Shown in pieces: positions 35,130 through 48,100 of a stretch of 64,000 nt of DNA. The stretch is from positions 7,440,001-7,504,000 of the forward strand of contig CM119372.1 in NCBI GenBank assembly GCA_051294905.1, read 5' to 3'. Source of the DNA: Botryllus schlosseri (taxonomy: Eukaryota). Below the pieces are notes generated by a model that was given only the letters and a program-made list of their open reading frames with translations, was not told the DNA's origin and ran no database searches. Numbering within the stretch: the stretch's first letter is position 1; each line of letters starts with the position of its first letter. Made by a program: the position numbers and the translations under genes.

Positions 35130-36799
35130 TAATGCACATTGTGCAAAAATGAGCTCAGGCTGTGCATGTGCTGATGTGCAGCATATGCTTAATGCTTAAT
35201 CTAGATTCAAATGCAACCTGCAAAGGCTATCATTGCATTAAAAATTGGCAACTGTTTGGTAATTAGGCTTATAAACAAAACTGAATATTGGACTACACGA
35301 TACAACCGTGAACGGCACTGACAGTGCATACATTTCGTCAAACATATCAATAGTGCATTGCGCAAAGCCGCAAAGTCAACATATTACTATTTTGGTCTTC
35401 TTCATCCTTCTCTAAGCCCACTTGAGGGCAACTCTAAACGGCGGAACGAGCGGACTGCGGAACTAGCGGAACTTGCGATACTAAACGGCGGACCAAGCGG
35501 AACTGCGGACCGAGCGGACCATAACAAAATAGCTCAATACTAAACGGCGGACCGCGGAACAGCGGAACATGTAATACTAAACAGCGGACCGAGCGGAACT
35601 GCGGACCGAGCGGACCATACCAAAATAGCTCAATACTAAACGACGGACCGCGGAACAGCGGAACATGTAATACTAAACGGCGGACGGAGCGGAACTGCGG
35701 ACCGGCGGACTATCACAAAATTTGCAATGTAAACGACGGACCGCGGATCAGGCGCATCTCGTAATTTTCTCAAGTGATCTTTTCCTGGACTTTGTTGAAG
35801 CTTATATTTTGTTGAAAATTTTGTCAAGTAATTCCATTTTATCAAGTAATGTAATTCTTCAACGTCTAGTTATGAGTTACGACACAATTTTACTTTATTC
35901 CATGTCGTTTTGTACTTTATATGTTTTGTATTTCTAAAATGTAGTAAACTTTTAATGGTCATGACATTGTAATCTGTTGACACCGGACCACAGTGTCAGT
36001 TCCATAATATAACTGCTATTAACAATTTCATCATTTCAAAATACTACAACACTGTAATACAATGATAAAATAAGAAGTTGTCGAATGGACTGCGGGAGCA
36101 GTTGTAATCAGTTTACACCAAAATACACAGATCAAAGATACTTCATATAATGTGCCCGTGGGAAAATTATGCCATTTTCAACTAAAACTATAAGAACCAT
36201 AAAAGAAGTTAATAGCGTAGTAGCCAGGTGACATCCATAATCTGACATACCTTCAAGCACTGATTTAATGAGCCGTTCGCAGTTTCACTTTACGTTCAGT
36301 TCGTACTTACACCTGCATGGCTTAATCTTTGAGACAAGCATATTCATCATAGTCTGTTATTACATTGTTCTGTCAGTCCACGATTTGCGTTTGTGTAATC
36401 TGTCGTCTGATCCGTCGTTTTCATTGAGAAATCGTTCTGGGATTTGTATAGGAAGTTGTTATAATTTTTCCCTTGCCAAATTATCGTGTTCGAGCAAAAA
36501 AACTACTTTCTAAATGGCAGAAAGTAAACAGTTCGTATTTCAACTTTAAAGGTCAACTGCATCTTCATAAACAACTTTGCGGAATCATGTTCAGAATTAT
36601 TTTTCATACCGAAATTACCGACTTTCCGTGTTTCAACTCAATCGGAAATTGCCGTAATTTTGACTCAAAGTCCCAATATTGGTATGTTTACAGAAAAAGC
36701 AGAATGTGCATTGTGACGTCAAGTACATGACACATCTTCTCGCCACCATATAGTCTCTGGTGCGATTGCGTTTCAGTCATCTTGATATCATGAATAACA

Positions 36800-37201
36800 G
36801 GTGTCAGTGTGGATGTTACCAGCTTATGTCATCTATAAGAAGGGAAAGTTTGTGCTGTAAGGTTCCGAGAGTTACTGACAGAATGAATGAAATCGTATCA
36901 CAGGATTCAATTCAGTGTGTCTGGACGTTGACGTATTGGAGATATAATAACATCAAGTTCGGTGCAGGAGCGAGACGGGGCTCTGTTTCGGTTGCCAAGT
37001 ACTTTTCTCGCACCATTACACTTATTTTCGCTTTTCAGGAAGCTGAGACATACTACCTACAGAAATTTTGTACGCTGGGTATGGGGATTCTGTGGCAAAA
37101 ACCAGTGGAAAATCCTGCCTGCATGCGTTGCTACTGCTATCCGAACAACATTTACGTCAAGTTCTTACAAAGGATCCCAGTTCATTAACGCCACATTGTG
37201 A
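36800..37201 (+). pseudogene. KolX-like / P2X7 cytoplasmic-ballast-like Cys-rich protein remnant
   Basis: CQCGCYQLMSSIRRESLCCK ... RKLRHTTYRNFVRWVWGFCGKNQWKILPACVATAIRTTFTSSSYKG matches the remembered pattern C-x-C-G...M...E-x2-CC ... R-H/Y-x-A-Y-R-x-F-x2-W-x-W-G-x-L-G...LP-x-C...IR..F...Y-x-G. A 40-nt GT-AG intron (about 36999-37038) would join the two frames. Confidence 0.65.
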
Positions 37202-37483
37202 ATGAACACTTTTATTCCAAATAATAAACGCATATAACTAATCGACCAAAATAATGACTGTGTCAGGCAGAGAAGCATATCGGGTTTTATGTCGGGCAAT
37301 AGCTTCCTCTCTGCTAATTTTGATTATGCTGCTAGTCAGAGGAGGTGGAACGGTCTCAGCGGAATCGCTCTGCTCAACAGTTTCTGGTCCAGTTCTGATG
37401 AGTGCTTGCACTTCTCCGACAAGCTCATTGCAGTAATCTAGAACAGGCATAAAAATGTGACGAAATTTTATGACGCAGTCAGA

Positions 37484-38798
37484 TCAACGGCAGTTACCAA
37501 ATGTTGAATTTTCAAGTATCTTGTGGACAGTTTCCCCGTTCTTGTATTTCGGATATTTGACACAGTACCGCGGCGCTCCTTCCCTTGACATTTTCTGAGC
37601 TTTCGAGCAATTTTCATTGAAGTGCAGGATTGCCAACTGCATCCTACAAAATGCACATTGATGAGGCTGGTAATTATGCCAAAATCTGATATAGGTTGTT
37701 TTGAATAGCCAAGACACTGAAAGGTACCTGGCTTTTTGACTGTTATGGTGGTAGTGATATAACTTTGGGCAGAAATGGTTAAGGAGGGCGTTGAATGATT
37801 CACTTCCAGCAGTGTTTCCATTCGGAGATAGATGGCGTATGTCATTTTCCATGCGAGTGGAGTATAGAACATCGCAAACCCTTTCATATGCTAATGAATC
37901 TGAAAATGGATTGTCATAATGGTAAACAACAGAATCAAAGATGTTATTCATTGTAACTAAACTTAGGCCTATATGTTGTATAATGTATAGAAGCTGAATG
38001 GAGCAGTTTTGTTTCCTTTTTATAGGATGTAACTGCATCTTCACTACAACATAAATCACCTTACCTTGATGAAACCATAACCTTGGTTCTAGCAGCTCTG
38101 CATGTTCGCACGAAGTAAACTGCTGATTGCTGGGATGCTGATGAACATTTACAATATGATTACCAACTGCTCGCCAAATTTCCAATGACAAATCTAGGTC
38201 TCCATCACCACGGCGTGCGCAACTGCTCCTTCTACATCATTTGTTTTTGAAGATGTGGCCTGAAGCGTTACAGTATTAGTATTGCTAGGGGCCCTAGGGC
38301 AAATTCTTGAATTGCACTCAAATTGTGAGAAAGTTGTACTTTGACTTAATATCAACAGCTGAATCAACCGCAAGATCGGTTGCTTATACTATAGTAGCCC
38401 TAATTGACACAATACATTTCCCTTACCTGATTTCGAAAACTTTGTAGCTTCAAAAGAGCATTTCTTTGACATTTTCTTCTCACGATTTTACTGGTGCCTG
38501 AAAATAACGTGGGAACGGCAGTACGCTTGAGAGTTACCTGTGCTCGATAACCTAATTGCTTGTGTATCTCAGATACTTCATTGAAACACGATGGTAAAAA
38601 GTGATCTGAGCATAAAAAAAACAGTTTGCCTTTTGGTGTATGGAAGTCCGCACGTTTGTTCTTCACGGCGTTCGCCCAGGCGTAATACCTTGTCCGATCG
38701 GTGTTAGGGTTTGGACAGCGATGAAAAGACACTTTGGGTACCGAATATTGCGTATTCGAACAACCATACGCGACACAAGATGTACCTCCGTGCCTCAT
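37484..38798 (-). pseudogene. THAP-domain Kolobok transposase remnant; central catalytic region missing
   Basis: THAP signature CVAYGC...W...CSDHF...AVPTLF (38798-38500). Then GDGDLDLSLEIWRAVGNHIVNVHQH..F..CEH..L...W, LSPNGNTAGSESFNALLNHFCPK, and QLAILHFNENCSKAQ...G..RY.VKYPKYKNG. Only about 150 bp separate THAP from the C-terminal part. Confidence 0.75.
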
Positions 38799-39358
38799 CT
38801 TCTTCATACCTTCCATAATCGCAATCAAATCCAGTATCAGTATGCAGTAGCAAAATCAATCCCAACAGGAATAACTTTCTGTTTACCATTACTTTTGCCG
38901 TGTCAGTTACATGACGTCATTTCATAGCTGAATGATTTCATATCCGTTTTTCGGCTTTTCGATTTATAATTTAAATTACTTGAAAACTATAAGGTATTTT
39001 CAATTTTCATTATTTTATTCATATTCCTAACCACATAATGAACGAAATAAGGCAAAGTCATTTTTGAGATGCAGTTGACCTTTAAATTAATCGGTAATTT
39101 GGATATAGTCCAGAAACGTAACCATTAGAAGAGTGAGCAGATGAAAACCTACTGGCATGTTCCAAAATAAAAAAAATACTTTCCTTATTTAGCTAGATAG
39201 ACTAAGAGCACCATCACCGACGTGATGGAAACATCCATCGAAAAAAGAGCATCAGAGTTAGCTAGTTACTTTTCAGTATAATTACTGCTCGAGTAGAAAT
39301 ATACATATAAATTTCCCCTCGATCAGAGATAGTCGATATATGCCATGTCTGTGGTGTG

Positions 39359-40644
39359 CAGATCGAGGTGGTCAAAGTAGTAAAGAAAGCTACTCAAGTA
39401 GAACTAGGAGTAGCGACGAAAAAATATACTCAAGTACGAATAGAAGTACTTCTTCCATAAGCCACCTAAAACTACTTGAAGTAGTAGTAGAATTGACTGA
39501 CTTTAAATCTACTCAAGTAAGTAAGTAGTTTTGAAAACAGTCTTAATTCGTTTGCATGGACTTATAAAAAGCTGCAAATTGAGCTTGGGAAAGGTGTAGA
39601 GAGTTTGATTTGTATTGATGTATCCCAGGATGAATCAATTTTCGACAGAATAAGCATTCTTTCGCATCATGGGATGCAAATTATAGTATTGATATGAAAA
39701 AGCGATACTAACCCTTTGTTTACTAGAATACCCCGTTTTAGAGAACATCATGACATGGCGCCCTACCCCATATTATAAGGCCCCGAGTTTAGGCAAAGAG
39801 CAATGCGGAGAAGTTGTATCGGATACTGTTTCAACGCTTCGCGCGATTAGTATACTTTATAATAACAAATATTGTGGATCATAAAATTTATAATTAGTGT
39901 AGCTTTATTTTCGGAAAATAGAGGCATTTACTACACTTGCTTTTATGCTTCAACATGTATGTTCTGCAGACAAAAGAATTGAAAGTAATTAGAACTCAAA
40001 GTATGATACTCGTAATTGAAAGTGAAATACAAATACCACTTCTAAAAAGCGGAAAATATATATTTCATGTCTTTTGTCCATAAAGCTTCCAAGGTGATCT
40101 GCTAAAACAGGTGTAACGTTAAAAAAAGCCGGATTTCCCAGATTAGCAGGACACGTCATGGGCTGCTAGATTACGATATGATAGGTAATTGCTAGATTGC
40201 GAAACGGTAGTTCCAAACGTTATGGTGGGCCATATTTACTGTGATGAAATATTTGAAATGGGCGACAATGCGGTGTGAGCGGAGACAAGTAATCCGGTAC
40301 CTAAATTATATTCACTGATACTATCGTGAAAACATACTTGTCACTCCATAACTACTGTGCGCGAAGCACAACAAAATTTCTGGGCTTTACTTGACCTTTA
40401 TGAATATTAAATGTTGTTACTCCGTGAAAATAGCCCCGAAATTCTTCAGGATATCTTTCGTATTGGGGGATTAAACTACTTTTACTTGACAGACTGAAAA
40501 TAGCGAAAAGTAAGTAATTAGATCATAAAATATTACGAACTAGAAGTAGAAAAAATCTGATCCACTTGAGTAAGCACCAGAAGTAGAGGAAAACTACTTG
40601 AGTACTTCAAAAAAGTAGAAGTACTTCGTTACAGACCACCTCTG
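39359..40644. mobile_element. 1.28-kb non-autonomous hAT element, copy 2
   Basis: Ends CAG(ATC)GAGGTGGTCA / AGACCACCTCTG; perfect TSD GTGGTGTG at 39351-39358 and 40645-40652; colinear with 33128-34410. Confidence 0.92.
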
Positions 40645-40659
40645 GTGGTGTGTTAGTAG

Positions 40660-40832
40660 AGTACTGCATTGCAACCAGGACATCATGTCTGGGGTATGTT
40701 TGGAGTGTGTTGGTACTGTGTTGCAACCCGGACATCATGTCCGGGGTATGTTTGGGGTGTGTTCGTACTGCATTGCAACCTCGACATCAAGTCTGGGGTA
40801 TGTTTGGATATGTGTGTTGGTACTACGTTGCC
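40660..40832. repeat. 52-bp tandem repeat, about 3.3 copies
   Basis: Unit GTACTGCATTGCAACCAGGACATCATGTCTGGGGTATGTTTGGAGTGTGTTG with a few substitutions per copy. Confidence 0.9.
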
Positions 40833-42104
40833 ACACTTGAAGACACCCCATAGGTACCCTAAACAAGATGTCCTTATGTTCGGTATGTTCCTTATTGCCA
40901 AAATGAAAGGCACCCTTTGAGAAATTGGAGTATTGCGATATTTTCGAGTTGCGCCTGATCCGCGGTCCGCTGTTTACATTGTGGTCTTTGTAGTAGTCCG
41001 CTCGGTCCGCAGTTCCGTTCGGTCCGCCGTTTAGTATTGCAAGTTCCGCTAGTTCCGCGGTCCGCTCGTTCCGCCGTTTAGTATTGAGCTATTTTGTTAT
41101 GGTCCGCTCGGTCCGCAGTTCCGCTCGGTCCGCCGTTTAGTATTGCAAGTTCCGCTAGTTCCGCGGTCCGCTCGTTCCGCCGTTTAGTATTGAGCTATTT
41201 TCTTATGGTCCGCTCGGTCCGCAGTTCCGCTCGGTCCGCCGTTTAGTATTACATGTTCCGCTGTTCCGCGGTCCGCCGTTTAGAGTTGCCCCCCACTTGA
41301 GCTTATCTCTAAAGTACCAATCTACGCTAAATTATGAAAGCCAAACTACTCGCAATTGATTTTTCCCTGCGAGTAACAACTTGCAGGTAACAACCTCGCA
41401 TCACCAATATTACTCACTTCTGCAAGTCAGAACTCGCTTCCCATGACATGCCGCCCTATTTCTTGTCGCTTTCTTTTTCTATACTGTATTCTTTACTTTC
41501 ATTCAGTGTGCATGCCTCCTCTTTACTACGCCTAGGCCAAGGTGGGTGTCCGATTCAATTGACAAATCCAAGTCGCTTCGACATCTTCCTGTCTATTCAT
41601 TGTATCGCATTTTTTGTGGTGTATTGAACTGATAAAATTGCTAATAAACCAATGATGATGATGATAGAACTCAGAAATCACAATAAAAGCGGAAGGCATA
41701 AGTAAAATGCGAATGATACACTACTACCACTAGCGGACACCCTGTACTTTGTACTGTTTGTAGTTCCGTTTCATTTGATTGTACTTTCAAGAGGGAAAAT
41801 AGTTTTAATTAAACTCAACTGAAAACAATAACATTGTAAAGTATCATATGAGGTTGAAAATAGTATGTGCAGTGCACTCTAGGGAATTTCCTCGACTCAC
41901 GCGGTGATCATTCGTGTCTTCAGTATCCCGTCAATCAAATATTGCACAACAACCGCGCGTCTCTGCACAATCGCAAGTCAATTCAGGCGATGTGCGGTGG
42001 TCATGTCATTCCTTTTCCTGTGAGTTTAGGCGCGTGTACCTAGATTTTGCGATCGTACGACGAGGGTAGATATTTGGTTTTCTCTGGTGTTAGTAATTTG
42101 CGTG

Positions 42105-45100
42105 ATGTCTAGAAGAAGACGCCGTGGTGGTGATGACGATGTGGATGCGTTATCCGAATCCGAGCAAGATCAAAAGAAAGAGCAGAACAATAAATTGTCA
42201 TTAGCTTCGGTAGGTATCGATGTATATAAATAGGGCTAATTATTGTTTACCATGATCACAGACAACGCGTATTGTGAGCAGGGTCGCACCTCATATGGTG
42301 TATTTTTGCAAAATAGTTGTAACGAAACCACTTGATATAGGATGTGAAATTCGACTTGAAAAATCATACCTTCTTCACAAGCTTACCTAGTAGATTGGAT
42401 CCAATTCCATTGACTATTAGAGTCATGACTTAGTTGAACTAACATGTGATGAAATTGAACTAACATGTGATAAAATTGAACAGTTCCATTGGAATCGAAT
42501 TTCAGTGCTATCCACAATTACTATCGCAAGTTAATATATTTAGCTGCATGAAAGGACCAACTCTACCACCTGATTTTCATGCCAAGTTTTTCAAGTTTTT
42601 ACTTGCGTAGTGATGAGCCGAATATAATTTCATAAGTCAAGTCATGTTTGACAACTTGCCAATCTTGCCATGCTTCTCTGTAGCCTGTTTGGAATCGGTG
42701 TCTGTGCTCACATTATATTTTATTTTTTAATTATTTTTTTAAAATTACTTTAACTTGGAAAATCATCGCTGCTCACCTGATATATCAGGCAAAAAGGCCA
42801 GCGATTCCAATCAGGCTCAGTAACAGTAGCCTACTCCATGTTTGGGTTGTCATTTGTCATTATCTGCTGAGAGATAGCTTGCTGTCATGCTTGATTTACT
42901 GATGGAATCAACAGCCGTTTCCAGTTGTTGCCATGCTCATGTAGTTGATCATGCACCCAATACGGATTTACATAACCATATAGTTCTATGATAATGTCCT
43001 ACACACAAATCATATCAAATCATAAGCTATCTGTAGAGTGCAGACAAATTTAAAATGCACTAACTTGTTGCAAGTTCTTCCCTTGTTCTTGAACCAATTT
43101 ATTGCTGTTCACAATTAAAATTATAATAAATAGAAAACGGCTGTTATTAACGAAATCTAATTAGGTTCCAGTGTGTGGAACATGATGTACGTTTATTCAA
43201 CTAAATACACTTGAAAATATATATCATTAGGAATCAGATATTGAAGATGAACTGGATCTATCTGATTATGAAAGCTTGGAGGAAGAGGTAATTGCTTGAT
43301 GCGTTATATATTTAGGTATACATTTACTACACCCTATTCCAACAGGAACCTAACTCATCCGAGGACGAAGCTGTTGTCGAACCTGCTGCAAATGAAAACG
43401 TCGAAAATGAGCCTGAAAAAGACAGTAGAGTTAAAGTAATTTTGGAGAGAAAGCCAGAATTTCAGCAGCCAGACACGACTAAGGAAAATTTAAATCTCGA
43501 AAAGAAAGATATAAATCTCAACAAGGAAGATTTGAATCTCGAAAAAGAAGATCTAAATCTCGAAAATCCCGAAAGAGAAAGTGGTGATGGAAAGGTGTGA
43601 TAGCAGTTTGTGCACATCGCAATTTCACTATACACTTTATGTGCTGAACGATAATGTTAATTCAAAGTGTGTTATTTTGCTTGATGTTCGGTTTACATCA
43701 TGTTTATGGCACCTGTAGCACTTTGAGTGTGTTTAGATGATGATTCCCAGAAATTTTATGTGTATGTACCGCTACTCACAATTCGCATTCGCGCTTCTTG
43801 TAATTTTTCATTCGGAAGATGTTTTTACCAGGCATTGTCACATTAATGAATTGGAATATCCCGATAATTCATTTGTGTGAAGGATTGTTCCTTGTTACTG
43901 GGATCTCGCTTAAAGTTTGGATTTTCCTGACCACTTGATCAACTCCGGTTATTAAACCTATGATGATATTCTATGAATGCAAGACTTCACAAAACTGAGA
44001 CACATTGCTTGATGAGATACAAGCACATATTGTAGCCTACTGTGTAAGCAGACAATCTCAAAGTGATAGTTGCAAATCATCTTGTGTGCATCACATTGAT
44101 TAGTGGGTCTTGTATTTAAATGTGCTTTGCTTAGCCTATAGAGTGTCCAATGTCCATATTGGTAAGTCTGAGGCATTTGCAATATCTTTACATTGTCAAG
44201 AAATAAATATCAGTTATTTTTCGGTAAAATTGGGTACAGGTTGTAAACTGTATGGTATACATATTTATTTTGGCAGGAAGAGTCGGATTCTGAGTATCAA
44301 AAAAACGAAACTGCTCACAGTAACGATGATAAAAATGAACAAGAAGATGATCCTGCGTTTATACCTACAAGAGGTGCTTTTTTTCAACATGACCTGCGGT
44401 CTGATAAACAGTCCAGTGGGTAAGTTTTCAAAATATATGCTATGCCCAATAGCCAATACCTAATTGAATTGGATTTGCTGTTGGTTACTGTGATGACTGA
44501 GAAAGCTGAGTGAGAAAATTTTCCTGCTAGCACCATTTGTAGCCCTATATCATATAGTAGAAGTTGATTACTAATGTCATGAACAGTAATATCGTAAAAT
44601 TCCATTGTATCAACCCCTTCATTCTGTGATGTAGTTCCAAGCTAATATCAATATCATCATATCTGTTGAGAGTTTTTGTGATCTGTCGTTACCAATTGGG
44701 TCGCCTCCGATATACCTGGTAAACAATTAAGTGCATATACTACAAGATACTTTTGCTGTTTTCTTTGTTAAATATTTTGCATCGTCGCAGTCTCACATCA
44801 CTGTCCTGCATGGAATGTTTTCAGGCGATCAAAAGACCGTAAATTGTGGGATAAAGGACCCGTAAAGTGGTCGCATGACATGTTTATCATGGAGGATCAA
44901 ATGCCAAAGACTCGGGACATCTTGATCTCAAATTATGGATATGATATTCGAGAACATCCGGCCGGCGCTCCTCTGCCTAACCGAAGAATGAGGTGCAGTA
45001 GTTTTACATTATATTTCTGAGATCTGGTCAGTAGTAAAGTACCTATGCTTGATAGTTTTCTTTTGAGTACCAGCATACGATGCTTCCTGGACTACCTAGT

Positions 45101-48100
45101 CAATTCTTACACCCCATCTCTTTGACAACTTCTAAAGCAATTGTAACATATCAAATCTTTCCAAGTAAATGAAGATTTTGGAAATAATTCTCATCACTTC
45201 AATATAGTATCTGTATGAATATTAAACAAGACGTTTTCAAAATTACATTCTGAGTGAATTTAATTAATTCACATTTTCGAGCGCCATTACCTGTTACGTT
45301 GGACCCTCTGCCCCAAAGCACATCGATACAGCAGAGGTGGCGAAATGTAAATGTGTTGAATGCCTCAGGAGTAGAAGTAACCATTTCCAACTAAGTAAAA
45401 GTCATGTTTTTAGACCTGGTTTCGCCTAACAAACTGAGAAATGCGAAAAAGTCTGAATCAGTGCTTCTCAACCATTTTCAGTTCGAGACCAACTTTTCAT
45501 GCAAGTTTGATGACAAAACGAATGAAAATCAAATTAATGGGAAAAGACACAATGTACTACACGCGCTATTTACTATAATTGCAAAAGTGTTAACCATTAT
45601 TGCGTGCATATCAGATATTATCACATCAGTCTGGGCCTGATTGGCTTGATCTTCCTATATCCTGAAATACTTAACATTAAGGTACATCTAGTTTCGACCA
45701 ACCGCCACATGTAAGATTGTCAGTATTCCAAACGTTTTTTTATTTATTTGTAAAAATTGTTAGCATATCAATTAGAAGATTGCTGGCATTTCATAACAAA
45801 CCAAAAGCTGCAGTCTATGACATGCGACCCCCCCCTGAAATAACTTCACGACCCACTGGTTGGGAAGCACAGATTCAGGTCAAAACCACTTCAGTAAGTA
45901 GTGAAAGTACTGTGTGACAACTCCTGCTTTTCGGACCATTTTACTTCTCTGCGTTGCATGTCGCCAGTGACTGCTTTAACCCTTCTGTGTATATAATACT
46001 GATGAGAAGATGAACTCTCCATGTTTCTCGGGCCCCACTGCAGTATCATGTACCGATTTTAGGGGCCGCGGTCGTGGTCGGGGTAGAGGTGGGTATAGAG
46101 GACGAAGCTGGGGTGGAAGAGGACGCAATTCATATCAAGAAAATCAGCACTCCGACAGGGACAATTACAATCCGGAATATAACGTCAGTACTCGGCCACT
46201 TCCTACCCACACCGATGTTTAAAATCAGTCTTGCTTGCTTCTCTAGGATGATTATCCAGCGCCTGGTGAAGAAGACGGTAACGTAGCTATGAAGCATAAA
46301 TCAAAGTCATATTACAGCACGCAGAGTGAGTTACCTGCGTGAATGCCGACGTGTTCCCTGTTAACGTTGTATCTGTGTGCATCAGGATATAATAATAATA
46401 ACCGTAAAGCGAACAACGAATCTTCTAAAGAAAAAACGAATCGATGTAGTGGGACTGCAGACACGGGAAAGGTAATACGCGCCAGACTTGGGCCACTAGA
46501 TAATTCTAGTCTAATTATAGTGAAATGCTGGTAATCTAAGTCTAATTTAGTTTTATAAATGTTTCGTTGCTCTAATTCTAATCTAATTTGTGAAATGTCT
46601 CTATATGCTTAAATTCTCATCTAATCTAATTTCCGGTTTTCGTGAAATGCTAAAAACTAAATATTGTATGGTTATCCAAGTCTGTTCATGGGTTATCGAT
46701 TTGGATGTGTCGCTTTACATAATAATCTGTGGATTGGTATTTGACAGGACAATGCGGAAAACGCGGAAACAGATCGGCCGTTGTCTCCATCGCGTAAACC
46801 AGAGGATAAAAAGGAAGAGAAATTGAACGACCTATTGCAAGTGATTCAGAATAGAGAAAACGCCCCTCCCGGCAACGACACAGTTTCAAGGTTTGTTGAA
46901 ATTTACATTCCATTTGATGATTGGATGATACGTAATTAGTAGGGTGATTTTTTTGACCTGAAAACAAAAATTTTGACATTTTTTGACGTCAAAAAACTTT
47001 TGGGAGAATTTTGCCCTCGTGTATGTGAATTAGGTGTTTCTGCGCATAATGTTAGAATTGTACTGCTTATCTTCATTTCTGGTTGTAACTGTCTGTCCTT
47101 ACAAAGTAGTTTGGCTTGAAAAAAACTTATTGACTTGAAAACTGACAATTTTTTACATGAAAAAGCTTTATTTTAACGAAATCTGAACCTATGGAGAATT
47201 CCAGTAGCGACATCACGCTATTGAAATTGAAATTTGTTGCAATACAAGGAAAGATGCTTTCCTACATTGTCGGGTAGAATGTGTCTTGTCCTGACCCAAG
47301 TAGCTTGCCAAGAATGGAGAAAGAACGTTCAACAGCAGCTGTTGTTGGTTTGGCAATTCACTGAAGTTGTGCATACACTGCTGGCGACACACCGTGTTGC
47401 TTCATTCTGGCAATTTTGTCTACATCAAAATTTTTCATCATGCGCTTCTTGATATATGAACCAATGTCCACGCAGTCTTGCTTCAGTATGATACTGTGAC
47501 ACGTTGAGCATAACACCAAGTTAAGTCATGGTAGATGGTGCATTGCATTGTCAATTTCGGTGACTGTAAAGTCAAATAGTGAGATTGATATGGTGTGATG
47601 ATTAACACGCCTTGAAACGTGTGTGCGGTTCTCTTGAATCGTTAAAATTCCAGCAAATGATGGACCGACTGACTATCAGAAATGTAGCAGAGTGTCCCTA
47701 ATTGTATTGCAATGAATTTCGAATTTCCGTATACTATTGCGTTACTTAAAATTTTGTCAAAAAAAGTTCTTTAATGTCAAAATTTCAAATTTTTAGAGTA
47801 CAATTTTTTGTCTTGAATGTTAAAAATAATCGCCTTTGTAATAAGCGTGTGCAATTTACCCAGAGTTTGATGAGTATGTTGTCGCTAAAATTCTTTATAA
47901 CAATCTGCCGTCTACAGGAAAGGAGATCAGACGAGTAGGAATCGTCAGAACTCATCTTTCTCAAATTATGAGGTGAGAATTTTATCAGGTATATTAGATT
48001 GTCTTGATTCTGATCCTTAGCTTGAGGTGACGCCAATATGTATTCCAACTCTGATCAATTTGTCAAAGACCCGCTCTAATGATGTGATAGCCGTTATTTA

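Larger units (their letters stand above)
36550..39081 (-). mobile_element. Kolobok-type DNA transposon, internally deleted
   Basis: Perfect 14-bp TIR AGGTCAACTGCATC, TTAA on both sides (36546-36549, 39082-39085). It has a THAP domain and transposase C-terminus on the minus strand and a convergent Cys-rich ORF on the plus strand. Confidence 0.85.
35426..41291. mobile_element. Long-TIR (Mutator/Foldback-like) element with tandemly repeated arms of about 340-350 bp, 9-bp TSD, and nested cargo
   Basis: Starts GGGCAACTCTAAACGGCGG and ends CCGCCGTTTAGAGTTGCCC; perfect TSD CCCACTTGA at 35417-35425 and 41292-41300. Arms at about 35426-35762 and 40945-41291 are built of GCGGA(A/C)-rich units. Confidence 0.88.

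Noticed and set aside
35426-35762. Regularly spaced GCGGA-rich repeats resembling a CRISPR array
   Set aside because: There are no unique spacers, the context is eukaryotic, and the array has an inverted twin at 40945-41291, so it is a TIR arm.
33128-40644. Two 1.28-kb direct repeats flanking a THAP-containing region, resembling LTRs or a composite transposon
   Set aside because: Each copy has its own TIRs and a different 8-bp TSD (TGTTTAGG vs GTGGTGTG), and copy 2 lies inside another element, so they are independent hAT insertions.
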